From NCBI GenBank assembly GCA_964016885.1, contig OZ024744.1, positions 135,842,001 to 135,906,000 on the forward strand: a DNA stretch of 64,000 bases, read 5' to 3'. The notes below the pieces were generated by a model. It was not told the origin of the DNA. It did no database searches and saw nothing but the letters and a program-made list of their open reading frames with translations. This stretch comes from Eledone cirrhosa. Its lineage: Eukaryota. Of this stretch, positions 1 to 12,400 are shown in pieces. Position 1 is the first letter of the stretch; every line of letters begins with the position of its first letter. Made by a program: the position numbers and the translations under genes.

Positions 1-254
1 AAGTGAGAGAGAAACTAGGTATGAGAAGAATCAGATGTAGTGTGTAGGAGAGGAGACTGTTTGTATAGACATGTGATGTGTATGTATGAACTGGGAGAGA
101 AACTAGGTATAAGAGGAATCAGATGTAGGAGAGGTGATTGTGTTGGTATAGACATGGGATGTGTATAGATGAACTGACAGAGAAACTAGGTTTAAGAGGA
201 ATCAGATGTAGGAGAGGAGAATGTGTTAGTAGAGACATGGAATGTGTATGGATG

Positions 255-499
255 AACTGAGAGAGAAACTAGGTATAAGAGGAATCAGATGTAGGAGAGG
301 AGACTGTTAGTATAGACATGGGATGTGTATGGATGAACTGAGAGAGAAACTAGGTATAAGAGGAATCAGATGTAGGAGAGGAGACTGTTAGTATAGACAT
401 GGGATGTGTATGGATGAACTGAGAGAGAAACTAGGTATAAGAGGAATCAGATGTAGGAGAGGAGACTGTGTTGGTATAGACATGTGATGTGTATGGATG
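255..499 (+). repeat. Short monomer classes: two 81-bp units (255-335, 336-416) and one 83-bp unit (417-499)
   Basis: The 83-mer lacks TGTGTAG. The 81-mer additionally has ACTGTTAGTAT in place of ACTGTGTTGGTAT (2 bp shorter). Confidence 0.93.
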
Positions 500-719
500 A
501 ACTGAGAGAGAAACTAGGTATAAGAGGAGTCAGATGTAGTGTGTAGGAGAGGAGACTGTGTTGGTATAGACATGTGATGTGTATGGATGAACTGAGAGAG
601 AAACTAATTATAAGAGGGATCAGATGTAGGAGAGGTGATTGTTTGGGTATAGACATGGGAGGTGTATAGATGAACTGAGAGAGAAACTAGGTTTAACAGG
701 AATCAGAGGTAGTGTGTAG

Positions 720-2150
720 GAGAGGAGACTGTGTTGGTATAGACATGTGATGTGTAATGATGAACTGAGAGAGAAACTAGGTATAAGAGGAATCAGATGT
801 AGTGTGTAGGATAGGAGACTGTGTTGGTATAGACATGTGATGTGTATGGATGAAATGAGAGAGAAACTAGGTATAAGAGGAATCAGATGTAGTGTGTAGG
901 AGAGAAGACTGTGTTTGTATAGACATGGGATGTGTATGGATGAAGTGAGAGGGAAACTAGGTATAAGAAGAATCAGATGTAGTGTGTAGGAGAGGAGACT
1001 GTTTGTATAGACATGTGATGTGTATGGATGAACTGAGAGAGAAACTAGGTATAAGAGGAATCAGATGTAGTGTGTAGGAGAGGAGACTGTGTTGGTATAG
1101 GCATGTGATGTGTATGGATAAACTGAGAGAGAAACTAGGTATAAGAGGAATCAGATGTAGTGTGTAGGAGAGGAGACTGTGTTGGTATAGACCTATGATG
1201 TGTATGGATGAAGTGAGAGAGAAACTAGGTATGAGAAAAATCAGATGTAGTGTGTAGGAGAGGAGACTGTTTGTATAGACAAGTGACGTGTATGGATGAA
1301 CTGAGAGAGAAACTAGGTATAAGAAGAATCAGATGTAGTGTGTAGGAGAGGAGACTGTTTGTATAGACATGTGATATGTATGGATGAACTGGGAGAGAAA
1401 CTAGGTATAAGAGGAATCAGATGTAGGAGAGGTGATTGTGTTGGTATAGACATGGGATGCGTATAGATGAACTGAGAGAGAAACTAGGTTTAAGAGGAAT
1501 CAGATGTAGGAGAGGAGACTGTGTTTGTATAGACATGTGATGTGTATGGATGAACTGAGAGAGAAACTAGGTTTAAGAGGAATCAGATGTAGGAGAGGAG
1601 ACTGTGTTAGTAGAGACATGGAATGTGTATGGATGAACTGAGAAAGAATCTAGGTATATGAGGAATCAGATGTAGGAGAGGAGACTGTTAGTATAGACAT
1701 GGGATGTGTATGGATGAACTGAGAGAGAAACTAGGTATAAGAGGAATCAGATGTAGGAGAGGAGACTGTGTTGGTATAGACATGTGATGTGTATGGATGA
1801 ACTGAGAGAGAAACTAGGTATAAGAGGAATCAGATATAGTGTGTAGGAGAGGAGACTGTGTTGGTATAGACATGTGATGTGTATAGATGAACTGAGAGAG
1901 AAACTAGTTATAAGAGGAATCAGATGTAGGAGAGGTGATTGTGTGTGTATAGACAGGGGATGTGTATAGATGAACTGAGAGAGAAACTAGGTTTAACAGG
2001 AATCAGATGTAGTGTGTAGGAGAGGAGACTGTGTTGGTATAGACATGTGATGTGTATGGATGAACTGAGAGAGAAACTAGGTATAAGAGGAATCAGATGT
2101 AGTGTGTAGGAGAGGTGACTGTGTTAGTATAGACATGTGATGAACTGAGA
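720..2150 (+). repeat. Ordered ~16-monomer variant cassette (basic higher-order repeat), one representative copy
   Basis: The marker order is fixed: GATAGG/GAAATG, GAGAAGAC/GAAGTGAGAGGG, AAGAAG, ATAGGC/GATAAAC, GAGAAAAATC, GATATGT/CTGGGAG, GGGATGCG, TTAGTAGAGACATGGAATG/AAGAATCTAGG, GATATAGTG, CAGGGGATG, GGTTTAACAGG. The GAGAAAAATC marker recurs near 1234, 5536, 8736, 18476, 24250, 33810, 39584, 46475, 52249, 55417 and 59549. Confidence 0.9.
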
Positions 2151-2412
2151 GAGAAACTAGGTATAAGAGGAATCAGATGTAGTGTGTAGGAGAGGAGACT
2201 GTGTTGGTATAGACATGTGATGAACAGAGATGAACTGAGAGAGAAACTAGGTATAAGAGGAATCAGATGTAGTGTGTAGGAGAGGAGACTGTCTTGCTAT
2301 AGACATGTGATGTGTATAGATGAACTGAGAGAGAAACTAGGTATAAGAGGAATCAGATGTAGTGTGTAGGAGAGGAGACTGTGTTGGTATAGACATGTGA
2401 TGTGTAATGATG

Positions 2413-2592
2413 AACTGAGAGAGAAACTAGGTATAAGAGGAATCAGATGTAGTGTGTAGGAGAGGAGACTGTGTTGGTATAGACATGTGATGTGTATGGA
2501 TGAACTGAGAGAGAAACTAGGTATAAGAGGAATCAGATGTAGTGTGTAGGAGAGGAGACTGTGTTGGTATAGACATGTGATGTGTATGGATG
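2413..2592 (+). repeat. Two perfect consensus 90-bp monomers (reference units 2413-2502 and 2503-2592)
   Basis: Read directly. Counted composition of the monomer is A30 G32 T23 C5, with no CpG. Confidence 0.97.
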
Positions 2593-4069
2593 AACTGAGA
2601 GAGAAACTAGGTATAAGAGGAATCAGATGTAGTGTGTAGGAGAGAAGATTGTGTTTGTATAGACATGGGATGTGTATGGATGAAGTGAGAGGGAAACTAG
2701 GTATAAGAAGAATCAGATGTAGTGTGTAGGAGAGGAGACTGTTTGTATAGACATGTGATGTGTATGGATGAACTGAGAGAGAAACTAGGTATAAGAAGAA
2801 TCAGATGTAGTGTGTAGGAGAGGAGACTGTGTTGGTATAGACATGTGATGTGTATGGATGGACTGGGAGAGAAACTAGGTATAAGAGGAATCAGATGTAG
2901 GAGAGGTGATTGTGTTGGTATAGACATGGGATGTGTATAGATGAACTGAGAGAGAAACTAGGTTTAAGAGGAATCAGATGTAGGAGAGGAGACTGTGTTT
3001 GTATAGACATGTGATGTGTATGGATGAACTGAGAGAGAAACTGGGTTTAAGAGGAATCAGATGTAGGAGAGGAGACTGTGTTAGTAGAGACATGGAATGT
3101 GTATGGATGAACTGAGAAAGAAACTAGGTATATGAGGAATCAGATGTAGGAGAGGAGACTGTTAGTATAGACATGGGATGTGTATGGATGAACTGAGAGA
3201 GAAACTAGGTATAAGAGGAATCAGATGTAGGAGAGGAGACTGTGTTGGTATAGACATGTGATGTGTATGGATGAACTGAGAGAGAAACTAGGTATAAGAG
3301 GAATCAGATATAGTGTGTAGGAGAGGAGACTGTGTTGGTATAGACATGTGATGTGTATAGATGAACTGAGAGAGAAACTAGTTGTAAGAGGAATCAGATG
3401 TAGGAGAGGAGACTGTGTTGGTATAGACAGGGGATGTGTATAGATGAACTGAGAGAGAAACTAGGTTTAACAGGAATCAGATGTAGTGTGTAGGAGAGGA
3501 GACTGTGTTGGTATAGACATGTGATGTGTATGGATGAACTGAGAGAGAAACTAGGTATAAGAGGAATCAGATGTAGTGTGTAGGAGAGGAGACTGTGTTG
3601 GTATAGACATGTGATGAACAGAGATGAACAAGGTATAAGAGGAATCAGATGTAGTGTGTAGGAGAGGAGACTGTGTTGGTATAGACATGTGATGTGTAAT
3701 GATGAACTGAGAGAGAAACTAGGTATAAGAAGAATCAGATGTAGTGTGTAGGAGAGGAGACTGTTTGTATAGACATGTGATGTGTATGGATGAACTGGGA
3801 GAGAAACTAGGTATAAGAGGAATCAGATGTAGGAGAGGTGATTGTGTTGGTATAGACATGGGATGTGTATAGATGAACTGAGAGAGAAACTAGGTTTAAG
3901 AGGAATCAGATGTAGGAGAGGAGACTGTGTTAGTAGAGACATGGATTGTGTATGGATGAACTGAGAAAGAAACTAGGTATAAGAGGAATCAGATGTAGGA
4001 GAGGAGACTGTTAGTATAGACATGGGATGTGTATGGATGAACTGAGAGAGAAACTAGGTATAAGAGGAA

Positions 4070-7000
4070 TCAGATGTAGGAGAGGAGACTGTGTTGGTAT
4101 AGACATGTGATGTGTATGGATGAACTGAGAGAGAAACTAGGTATAAGAGGAATCAGATGTAGTGTGTAGGAGAGGAGACTGTGTTGGTATAGACATGTGA
4201 TGTGTATGGATGAACTGAGAGAGAAACTAGTTATAAGAGGAATCAGATGTAGTGTGTAGGAGAGGTGACTGTGTTAGTATAGACATGTGATGAAGTAAGA
4301 GAGGAACTAGGTATAAGAGGAATCAGATGTAGTGTGTAGGAGAGGAGACTGTGTTGGTATAGACATGTGATGAACAGAGATGAACAAGGTATAAGAGGAA
4401 TCAGATGTAGTGTGTAGGAGAGGGGACTGTGTTGGTATAGACATGTGATGTGTAATGATGAACTGAGAGAGAAACTAGTTATAAGAGGAATCAGATGTAG
4501 TGTGTAGGAGAGGAGACTGTGTTGGTATAGACATGTGATGTGTATGGATGAAGTGAGAGGGAAACTAGGTATAAGAGGAATCAGATGTAGTGTGTAGGAG
4601 AGAAGACTGTGTTTGTATAGATATGTGATGAACAGAGATAAACAAGGTATAAGAGGAATCAGATGTAGTGTGTAGGATAGGAGACTGTGTTTGTATAGAC
4701 ATGGGATGTGTATGGATGAACTGAGAGAGAAACTAGGTATAAGAGGAATCAGATATAGGAGAGGAGACTGTGTTGGTATAGACATGTGATGTGTATGGAT
4801 GAACTGAGAGAGAAACTAGGTATAAGAGGAATCAGATGTAGGAGAGGAGACTGTGTTGGTATAGACATGTGATGTGTATGGATAAACTGAGAGAGAAACT
4901 AGGTATATATAGGAATCAGATGTAGTGTGTAGGAGAGGAGACTGTGTTGGTATAGACATGTGATGTGTAATGATGAACTGAGAGAGAAACTAGGTATAAG
5001 AGGAATCAGATGTAGTGTGTAGGAGAGTAGACTGTGTTGGTATAGACATGGGATGTGTATGGATGAAGTGAGAGGGAACCTAGGTATAAGAAGAATCAGA
5101 TGTAGTGTGTAGGATAGGAGACTGTGTTGGTATAGATATGTGATGTGTATGGATGAAATGAGAGAGAAACTAGGTATAAGAGGAATCAGATGTAGTGTGT
5201 AGGAGAGAAGACTGTGTTTGTATAGACATGGGATGTGTATGGATGAAGTGAGAGGGAAACTAGGTATAAGAAGAATCAGATGTAGTGTGTAGGAGAGGAG
5301 ACTGTTTGTATAGACATGTGATGTGTATGGATGAACTGAGAGAGAAACTAGGTATAAGAGGAATCAGATGTAGTGTGTAGGAGAGGAGACTGTGTTGGTA
5401 TAGGCATGTGATGTGTATGGATAAACTGAGAGAGAAACTAGGTATAAGAGGAATCAGATGTAGTGTGTAGGAGAGGAGACTGTGTTGGTATAGACATATG
5501 ATGTGTATGGATGAAGTGAGAGAGAAACTAGGTATGAGAAAAATCAGATGTAGTGTGTAGGAGAGGAGACTGTTTGTATAGACATGTGATGTGTATGGAT
5601 GAACTGAGAGAGAAACTAGGTATAAGAAGAATCAGATGTAGTGTGTAGGAGAGGAGACTGTTTGTATAGACATGTGATATGTATGGATGAACTGGGAGAG
5701 TAACTAGGTATAAGAGGAATCAGATGTAGGAGAGGTGATTGTGTTGGTATAGACATGGGATGCGTATAGATGAACTGAGAGAGAAACTAGGTTTAAGAGG
5801 AATCAGATGTAGGAGAGGAGACTGTGTTTGTATAGACATGTGATGTGTATGGATGAACTGAGAGAGAAACTAGGTTTAAGAGGAATCAGATGTAGGAGAG
5901 GAGACTGTGTTAGTAGAGACATGGAATGTGTATGGATGAACTGAGAAAGAATCTAGGTATATGAGGAATCAGATGTAGGAGAGGAGACTGTTAGTATAGA
6001 CATGGGATGTGTATGGATGAACTGAGAGAGAAACTAGGTATAAGAGGAATCAGATGTAGGAGAGGAGACTGTGTTGGTATAGACATGTGATGTGTATAGA
6101 TGAACTGAGAGAGAAACTAGTTATAAGAGGAATCAGATGTAGGAGAGGTGATTGTGTGTGTATAGACAGGGGATGTGTATAGATGAACTGAGAGAGAAAC
6201 TAGGTTTAACAGGAATCAGATGTAGTGTGTAGGAGAGGAGACTGTGTTGGTATAGACATGTGATGTGTATGGATGAACTGAGAGAGAAACTAGGTATAAG
6301 AGGAATCAGATGTAGTGTGTAGGAGAGGTGACTGTGTTAGTATAGACATCTGATGAACTGAGAGAGAAACTAGGTATAAGAGGAATCAGATGTAGTGTGT
6401 AGGAGAGGAGACTGTGTTGGTATAGACATGTGATGAACAGAGATGAACTGAGAGAGAAACTAGGTATAAGAGGAATCAGATGTAGTGTGTAGGAGAGGAG
6501 ACTGTCTTGCTATAGACATGTGATGTGTATAGATGAACTGAGAGAGAAACTAGGTATAAGAGGAATCAGATGTAGTGTGTAGGAGAGGAGATTGTGTTGG
6601 TATAGACATGTGATGTGTAATGATGAACTGAGAGAGAAACTAGGTATAAGAGGAATCAGATGTAGTGTGTAGGAGAGGAGACTGTGTTGGTATAGACATG
6701 TGATGTGTATGGATGAACTGAGAGAGAAACTAGGTATAAGAGGAATCAGATGTAGTGTGTAGGAGAGGAGACTGTGTTGGTATAGACATGTGATGTGTAT
6801 GGATGAACTGAGAGAGAAACTAGGTATAAGAGGAATCAGATGTAGTGTGTAGGAGAGAAGATTGTGTTTGTATAGACATGGGATGTGTATGGATGAAGTG
6901 AGAGGGAAACTAGGTATAAGAAGAATCAGATGTAGTGTGTAGGAGAGGAGACTGTTTGTATAGACATGTGATGTGTATGGATGAACTGAGAGAGAAACTA

Positions 7001-9400
7001 GGTATAAGAAGAATCAGATGTAGTGTGTAGGAGAGGAGACTGTGTTGGTATAGACATGTGATGTGTATGGATGGACTGGGAGAGAAACTAGGTATAAGAG
7101 GAATCAGATGTAGGAGAGGTGATTGTGTTGGTATAGACATGGGATGTGTATAGATGAACTGAGAGAGAAACAAGGTTTAAGAGGAATCAGATGTAGGAGA
7201 GGAGACTGTGTTGGTATAGACATGTGATGTGTATGGATGAACTGAGAGAGAAACTAGGTATAAGAGGAATCAGATGTAGTGTGTAGGAGAGGAGACTGTG
7301 TTGGTATAGACATGTGATGTGTATGGATGAACTGAGAGAGAAACTAGTTATAAGAGGAATCAGATGTAGTGTGTAGGAGAGGTGACTGTGTTAGTATAGA
7401 CATGTGATGAAGTGAGAGAGGAACTAGGTATAAGAGGAATCAGATGTAGTGTGTAGGAGAGGAGACTGTGTTGGTATAGACATGTGATGAACAGAGATGA
7501 ACAAGGTATAAGAGGAATCAGATGTAGTGTGTAGGAGAGGGGACTGTGTTGGTATAGACATGTGATGTGTAATGATGAACTGAGAGAGAAACTAGTTATA
7601 AGAGGAATCAGATGTAGTGTGTAGGAGAGGAGACTGTGTTGGTATAGACATGTGATGTGTATGGATGAAGTGAGAGAGAAACTAGGTATAAGAGGAATCA
7701 GATGTAGTGTGTAGGAGAGAAGACTGTGTTTGTATAGATATGTGATGAACAGAGATAAACAAGGTATAAGAGGAATCAGATGTAGTGTGTAGGATAGGAG
7801 ACTGTGTTTGTATAGACATGGGATGTGTATGGATGAACTGAGAGAGAAACTAGGTATAAGAGGAATCAGATATAGGAGAGGAGACTGTGTTGGTATAGAC
7901 ATGTGATGTGTATGGATGAACTGAGAGAGAAACTAGGTATAAGAGTAATCAGATGTAGGAGAGGAGACTGTGTTGGTATAGACATGTGATGTGTATGGAT
8001 GAACTGAGAGAGAAACTAGGTATAAGAGGAATCAGATGTAGGAGAGGAGACTGTGTTGGTATAGACATGTGATGTGTATGGATAAACTGAGAGAGAAACT
8101 AGGTATATATAGGAATCAGATGTAGTGTGTAGGAGAGGAGACTGTGTTGGTATAGACATGTGATGTGTAATGATGAACTGAGAGAGAAACTAGGTATAAG
8201 AGGAATCAGATGTAGTGTGTAGGAGAGTAGACTTTGTTGGTATAGACATGGGATGTGTATGGATGAAGTGAGAGGGAACCTAGGTATAAGAAGAATCAGA
8301 TGTAGTGTGTAGGATAGGAGACTGTGTTGGTATAGACAAGTGATGTGTATGGATGAAATGAGAGAGAAACTAGGTATAAGAGGAATCAGATGTAGTGTGT
8401 AGGAGAGAAGACTGTGTTTGTATAGACATGGGAGGTGTATGGATGAAGTGAGAGGGAAACTAGGTATGAGAAGAATCAGATGTAGTGTGTAGGAGAGGAG
8501 ACTGTTTGTATAGACATGTGATGTGTATGGATGAACTGAGAGAGAAACTAGGTATAAGAGGAATCAGATGTAGTGTGTAGGAGAGGAGACTGTGTTGGTA
8601 TAGGCATGTGATGTGTATGGATAAACTGAGAGAGAAACTAGGTATAAGAGGAATCAGATGTAGTGTGTAGGAGAGGAGACTGTGTTGGTATAGACATATG
8701 ATGTGTATGGATGAAGTGAGAGAGAAACTAGGTATGAGAAAAATCAGATGTAGTGTGTAGGAGAGGAGACTGTTTGTATAGACATGTGATGTGTATGGAT
8801 GAACTGAGAGAGAAACTAGGTATAAGAAGAATCAGATGTAGTGTGTAGGAGAGGAGACTGTTTGTATAGACATGTGATATGTATGGATGAACTGGGAGAG
8901 AAACTAGGTATAAGAGGAATTAGATGTAGGAGAGGTGATTGTGTTGGTATAGACATGGGATGCGTATAGATGAACTGAGAGAGAAACTAGGTTTAAGAGG
9001 AATCAGATGTAGGAGAGGAGACTGTGTTTGTATAGACATGTGATGTGTATGGATGAACTGAGAGAGAAACTAGGTTTAAGAGGAATCAGATGTAGGAGAG
9101 GAGACTGTGTTAGTAGAGACATGGAATGTGTATGGATGAACTGAGAAAGAATCTAGGTATATGAGGAATCAGATGTAGGAGAGGAGACTGTTAGTATAGA
9201 CATGGGATGTGTATGGATGAACTGAGAGAGAAACTAGGTATAAGAGGAATCAGATGTAGGAGAGGAGACTGTGTTGGTATAGACATGTGATGTGTATGGA
9301 TGAACTGAGAGAGAAACTAGGTATAAGAGGAATCAGATATAGTGTGTAGGAGAGGAGACTGTGTTGGTATAGACATGTGATGTGTATAGATGAACTGCGA
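4070..9400 (+). repeat. Block duplication with offset 3117 bp, becoming 3200 bp after one extra 83-bp monomer near 7920-8000
   Basis: Near-identical ORFs lie at 4243 and 7360 (offset 3117). The rare marker AGAGGGAACC is at 5071 and 8271 (offset 3200). Confidence 0.85.
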
Positions 9401-12400
9401 GAGAAACTAGTTATAAGAGGAATCAGATGTAGGAGAGGTGATTGTGTGTGTATAGACAGAGGATGTGTATAGATGAACTGAGAGAGAAACTAGGTTTAAC
9501 AGGAATCAGATGTAGTGTGTAGGAGAGGAGACTGTGTTGGTATAGACATGTGATGTGTATGGATGAACTGAGAGAGAAACTAGGTATAAGAGGAATCAGA
9601 TGTAGTGTGTAGGAGAGGTGACTGTGTTAGTATAGACATGTGATGAACTGAGAGAGAAACTAGGTATAAGAGGAATCAGATGTAGTGTGTAGGAGAGGAG
9701 ACTGTGTTGGTATAGACATGTGATGAACAGAGATGAACTGAGAGAGAAACTAGGTATAAGAGGAATCAGATGTAGTGTGTAGGAGAGGAGACTGTCTTGC
9801 TATAGACATGTGATGTGTATAGATGAACTGAGAGAGAAACTAGGTATAAGAGGAATCAGATGTAGTGTGTAGGAGAGGAGACTGTGTTGGTATAGACATG
9901 TGATGTGTAATGATGAACTGAGAGAGAAACTAGGTATAAGAGGAATCAGATGTAGTGTGTAGGAGAGGAGACTGTGTTGGTATAGACATGTGATGTGTAT
10001 GGATGAACTGAGAGAGAAACTAGGTATAAGAGGAATCAGATGTAGTGTGTAGGAGAGGAGACTGTGTTGGTATAGACATGTGATGTGTATGGATGAACTG
10101 AGAGAGAAACTAGGTATAAGAGGAATCAGAGGTAGTGTGTAGGAGAGGAGACTGTGTTGGTATAGACATGTGATGTGTATGGATGGACTGGGAGAGAAAC
10201 TAGGTATAAGAGGAATCAGATGTAGGAGAGGTGATTGTGTTGGTATAGACATGGGATGTGTATAGATGAACTGAGAGAGAAACTAGGTTTAAGAGGAATC
10301 AGATGTAGGAGAGGAGACTGTGTTTGTATAGACATGTGATGTGTATGGATGAACTGAGAGAGAAACTAGGTTTAAGAGGAATCAGATGTAGGAGAGGAGA
10401 CTGTGTTAGTAGAGACATGGAATGTGTATGGATGAACTGAGAAAGAAACTAGGTATATGAGGAATCAGATGTAGGAGAGGAGACTGTTAGTATAGACATG
10501 GGATGTGTATGGATGAACTGAGAGAGAAACTAGGTATAAGAGGAATCAGATGTAGGAGAGGAGACTGTGTTGGTATAGACATGTGATGTGTATGGATGAA
10601 CTGAGAGAGAAACTAGGTATAAGAGGAATCAGATATAGTGTGTAGGAGAGGAGACTGTGTTGGTATAGACATGTGATGTGTATAGATGAACTGAGAGAGA
10701 AACTAGTTGTAAGAGGAATCAAATGTAGGAGAGGAGACTGTGTTGGTATAGACAGGGGATGTGTATAGATGAACTGAGAGAGAAACTAGGTTTAACAGGA
10801 ATCAGATGTAGTGTGTAGGAGAGGAGACTGTGTTGGTATAGACATGTGATGTGTATGGATGAACTGAGAGAGAAACTAGGTATAAGAGGAATCAGATGTA
10901 GTGTGTAGGAGAGGTGACTGTGTTAGTATAGACATGTGATGAACTGAGAGAGAAACTAGGTATAAGAGGAATCAGATGTAGTGTGTAGGAGAGGAGACTG
11001 TGTTGGTATAGACATGTGATGAACAGAGATGAACAAGGTATAAGAGGAATCAGATGTAGTGTGTAGGAGAGGAGACTGTGTTGGTATAGACATGTGATGT
11101 GTAATGATGAACTGAGAGAGAAACTAGGTATAAGAGGAATCAGATGTAGTGTGTAGGAGAGGAGACTGTGTTGGTATAGACATGTGATGTGTATGGATGA
11201 ACTGAGAGAGAAACTAGGTATAAGAGGAATCAGATGTAGTGTGTAGGAGAGAAGATTGTGTTTGTATAGACATGGGATGTGTATGGATGAAGTGAGAGGG
11301 AAACTAGGTATAAGAAGAATCAGATGTAGTGTGTAGGAGAGGAGACTGTTTGTATAGACATGTGATGTGTATGGATGAACTGAGAGAGAAACTAGGTATA
11401 AGAAGAATCAGATGTAGTGTGTAGGAGAGGAGACTGTTTGTATAGACATGTGATGTGTATGGATGAACTGGGAGAGAAACTAGGTATAAGAGGAATCAGA
11501 TGTAGGAGAGGTGATTGTGTTGGTATAGACATGGGATGTGTATAGATGAACTGAGAGAGAAACTAGGTTTAAGAGGAATCAGATGTAGGAGAGGAGACTG
11601 TGTTAGTAGAGACATGGATTGTGTATGGATGAACTGAGAAAGAAACTAGGTGTAAGAGGAATCAGATGTAGGAGAGGAGACTGTTAGTATAGACATGGGA
11701 TGTGTATGGATGAACTGAGAGAGAAACTAGGTATAAGAGGAATCAGATGTAGGAGAGGAGACTGTGTTGGTATAGACATGTGATGTGTATGGATGAACTG
11801 AGAGAGAAACTAGGTATAAGAGGAATCAGATGTAGTGTGTAGGAGAGGAGACTGTGTTGGTATAGACATGTGATGTGTATGGAGGAACTGAGAGAGAAAC
11901 TAGGTATAAGAGGAATCAGATGTAGGAGAGGTGATTGTGTGGGTATAGACAGGGGATGTGTATAGATGAACTGAGAGAGAAACTAGGTTTAACAGGAATC
12001 AGATGTAGTGTGTAGGAGAGGAGACTGTGTTGGTATAGACATGTGATGTGTATGGATGAACTGAGAGAGAAACTAGGTATAAGAGGAATCAGATGTAGTG
12101 TGTAGGAGAGGAGACTGTGTTGGTATAGACATGTGATGTGTATGGATGAACTGAGAGAGAAACTAGTTATAAGAGGAATCAGATGTAGTGTGTAGGAGAG
12201 GTGACTGTGTTAGTATAGACATGTGATGTGTAATGATGAACTGAGAGAGAAACTAGTTATAAGAGGAATCAGATGTAGTGTGTAGGAGAGGAGACTGTGT
12301 TGGTATAGACATGTGATGTGTATGGATGAAGTGAGAGGGAAACTAGGTATAAGAGGAATCAGATGTAGTGTGTAGGAGAGAAGACTGTCTTTGTATAGAC

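Noticed and set aside
2458-2468. AGGAGAGGAG as a Shine-Dalgarno-like site upstream of ATG in every monomer
   Set aside because: The + strand frames close almost immediately (for example ATG TGA) and the track lists no + strand ORF. The match is expected by chance in purine-rich sequence.
2413-2502. Hairpin or structured-RNA (tRNA/SINE-derived) monomer
   Set aside because: The only palindromes are short (CTAG, ACATGT). Five C per 90 bases leaves little pairing potential, and I see no pol III A/B boxes.
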